The position numbers and the translations under genes are program-made. From a virus (lineage: Duplodnaviria > Caudoviricetes), in the IMG/VR virus record IMGVR_UViG_3300017777_006778, positions 1 to 45,590 of that record: 45,590 nt of DNA. One strand, written 5' to 3'. Positions 44,938-45,590 of the stretch are shown here, one piece after another. Under the pieces are notes generated by a model, which had not been told where the DNA came from, searched no databases, and saw only the letters and a program-made list of their open reading frames with translations. The number at the start of each line of letters is the position of its first letter. Within the stretch, counting starts at the first letter, position 1.

Positions 44938-45483
44938 TCATGTTTTTTCCCAGTAGACCGTCTCACCTCGACGGTAGTGCTTCGTGTTCTCGCGCGCCTT
45001 CGGTTCAACAAAGTGCGCGTCCTCGAACGTCATGTAGTTGTTGGGAAGCAGGGCGAACTGCCCCGCGTCCAGATGAACGAGGTTCAGCGGCTTGTGCTCC
45101 GCTGGGTAGCGCGAGAAGCCATCCGTCCAGTCGACGATGATGCCCGTGTGCCGGCCGCCTGCCGTGAACGGCGCATGCACGTTGCACCGCAGCCCCTCGA
45201 TGTAGTGCGCGTGCCACGCCTCCGTCTCCTCGCCCATCGAGCCCCATGGCATGAGACTCTCCCGCGCGAGGTTGAAGTCCTGCGTGGTCGAGATGGCGTG
45301 CAGCGGCAGGCCGCTCCAGTGCGCGCCGCTCTCGAGCAGGACGTGGCAGTAGAGCGTCTGGTACGGGCGCGCGTAGATGCCGTGCCAGATGGCCGGCGTG
45401 GTCCCGGACGGCATGTTGGGGCCGAGGTGGCGGTTGTCGACGTTCACGTAGAGGTGGAAGGGGAGGTTGGCGTGGCGGCTCAC
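44938..45483 (-). CDS. Phage hypothetical protein (181 aa)
   Basis: Strong GC3; HVLLESGAHWSGLPLHAI and GQFALLPNN motifs. Confidence 0.8.
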   Translation of the reverse strand: MSRHANLPFHLYVNVDNRHLGPNMPSGTTPAIWHGIYARPYQTLYCHVLLESGAHWSGLPLHAISTTQDFNLARESLMPWGSMGEETEAWHAHYIEGLRCNVHAPFTAGGRHTGIIVDWTDGFSRYPAEHKPLNLVHLDAGQFALLPNNYMTFEDAHFVEPKARENTKHYRRGETVYWEKT

Positions 45484-45590
45484 AATGCTTTCCGGTTGTT
45501 TGTTGCGTGATCGATGCGAGCGCGGGCGAGGTCTACGTACTCTGCTTCGCGCTCAATCCCGATAAACAAGAAGCCTTCGTTGACGCACGC
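45480..45590 (-). CDS. C-terminal end of a DNA N4-C/N6-A methyltransferase (partial, runs off window)
   Basis: Hand translation ACVNEGFLFIGIEREAEYVDLARARIDHATNNRKAL*, matching the segment after the FxGxG motif of beta-class amino-MTases; stop overlaps the next GTG. Not in the ORF track. Confidence 0.8.
   Translation of the reverse strand, partial: ACVNEGFLFIGIEREAEYVDLARARIDHATNNRKAL

Noticed and set aside
1-45590. CRISPR array, tRNA, integrase/att site, DGR reverse transcriptase, virion RNA polymerase
   Set aside because: No spaced repeats, cloverleaf, recombinase or RT motifs seen by eye, and no DxDGD-type polymerase motif recognised in the giant protein.

Overview
This window is about 45.6 kb of a high-GC tailed dsDNA phage with podovirus-like gene order, almost all on the minus strand. 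Read right to left it carries small early/accessory genes (C-terminal end of an N4/N6 DNA methyltransferase, SLOG protein, MazG-like protein, DUF3307-like protein), a displaced tail-fibre/membrane-protein cluster, DnaB helicase and a stand-alone C5 cytosine methyltransferase. A morphogenesis block follows: TerS, TerL, portal, Zn-ribbon protein, scaffold, major capsid, decoration protein, adaptor, nozzle, three paralogous small tail proteins, a GNAT and three ejection-type proteins. The block ends in a 5044-aa polyvalent virion protein. That protein is a chain of enzyme cassettes (2 HExxH peptidases, 2 ART-PolyVal-like domains, a C5 methyltransferase, an HhH-glycosylase-like domain), mostly bounded by a recurring (I/V)LYQR junction. 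Most notable: a small gene appears nested out of frame inside the giant gene right behind the glycosylase-like cassette. I also see apparent avoidance of CTGCAG/CAGCTG, a repeated CGGGGTAYACT promoter-like box, and a structured capsid leader. All family assignments come from motif recognition by eye; no searches were run. No integrase, CRISPR, tRNA or rRNA was recognised.
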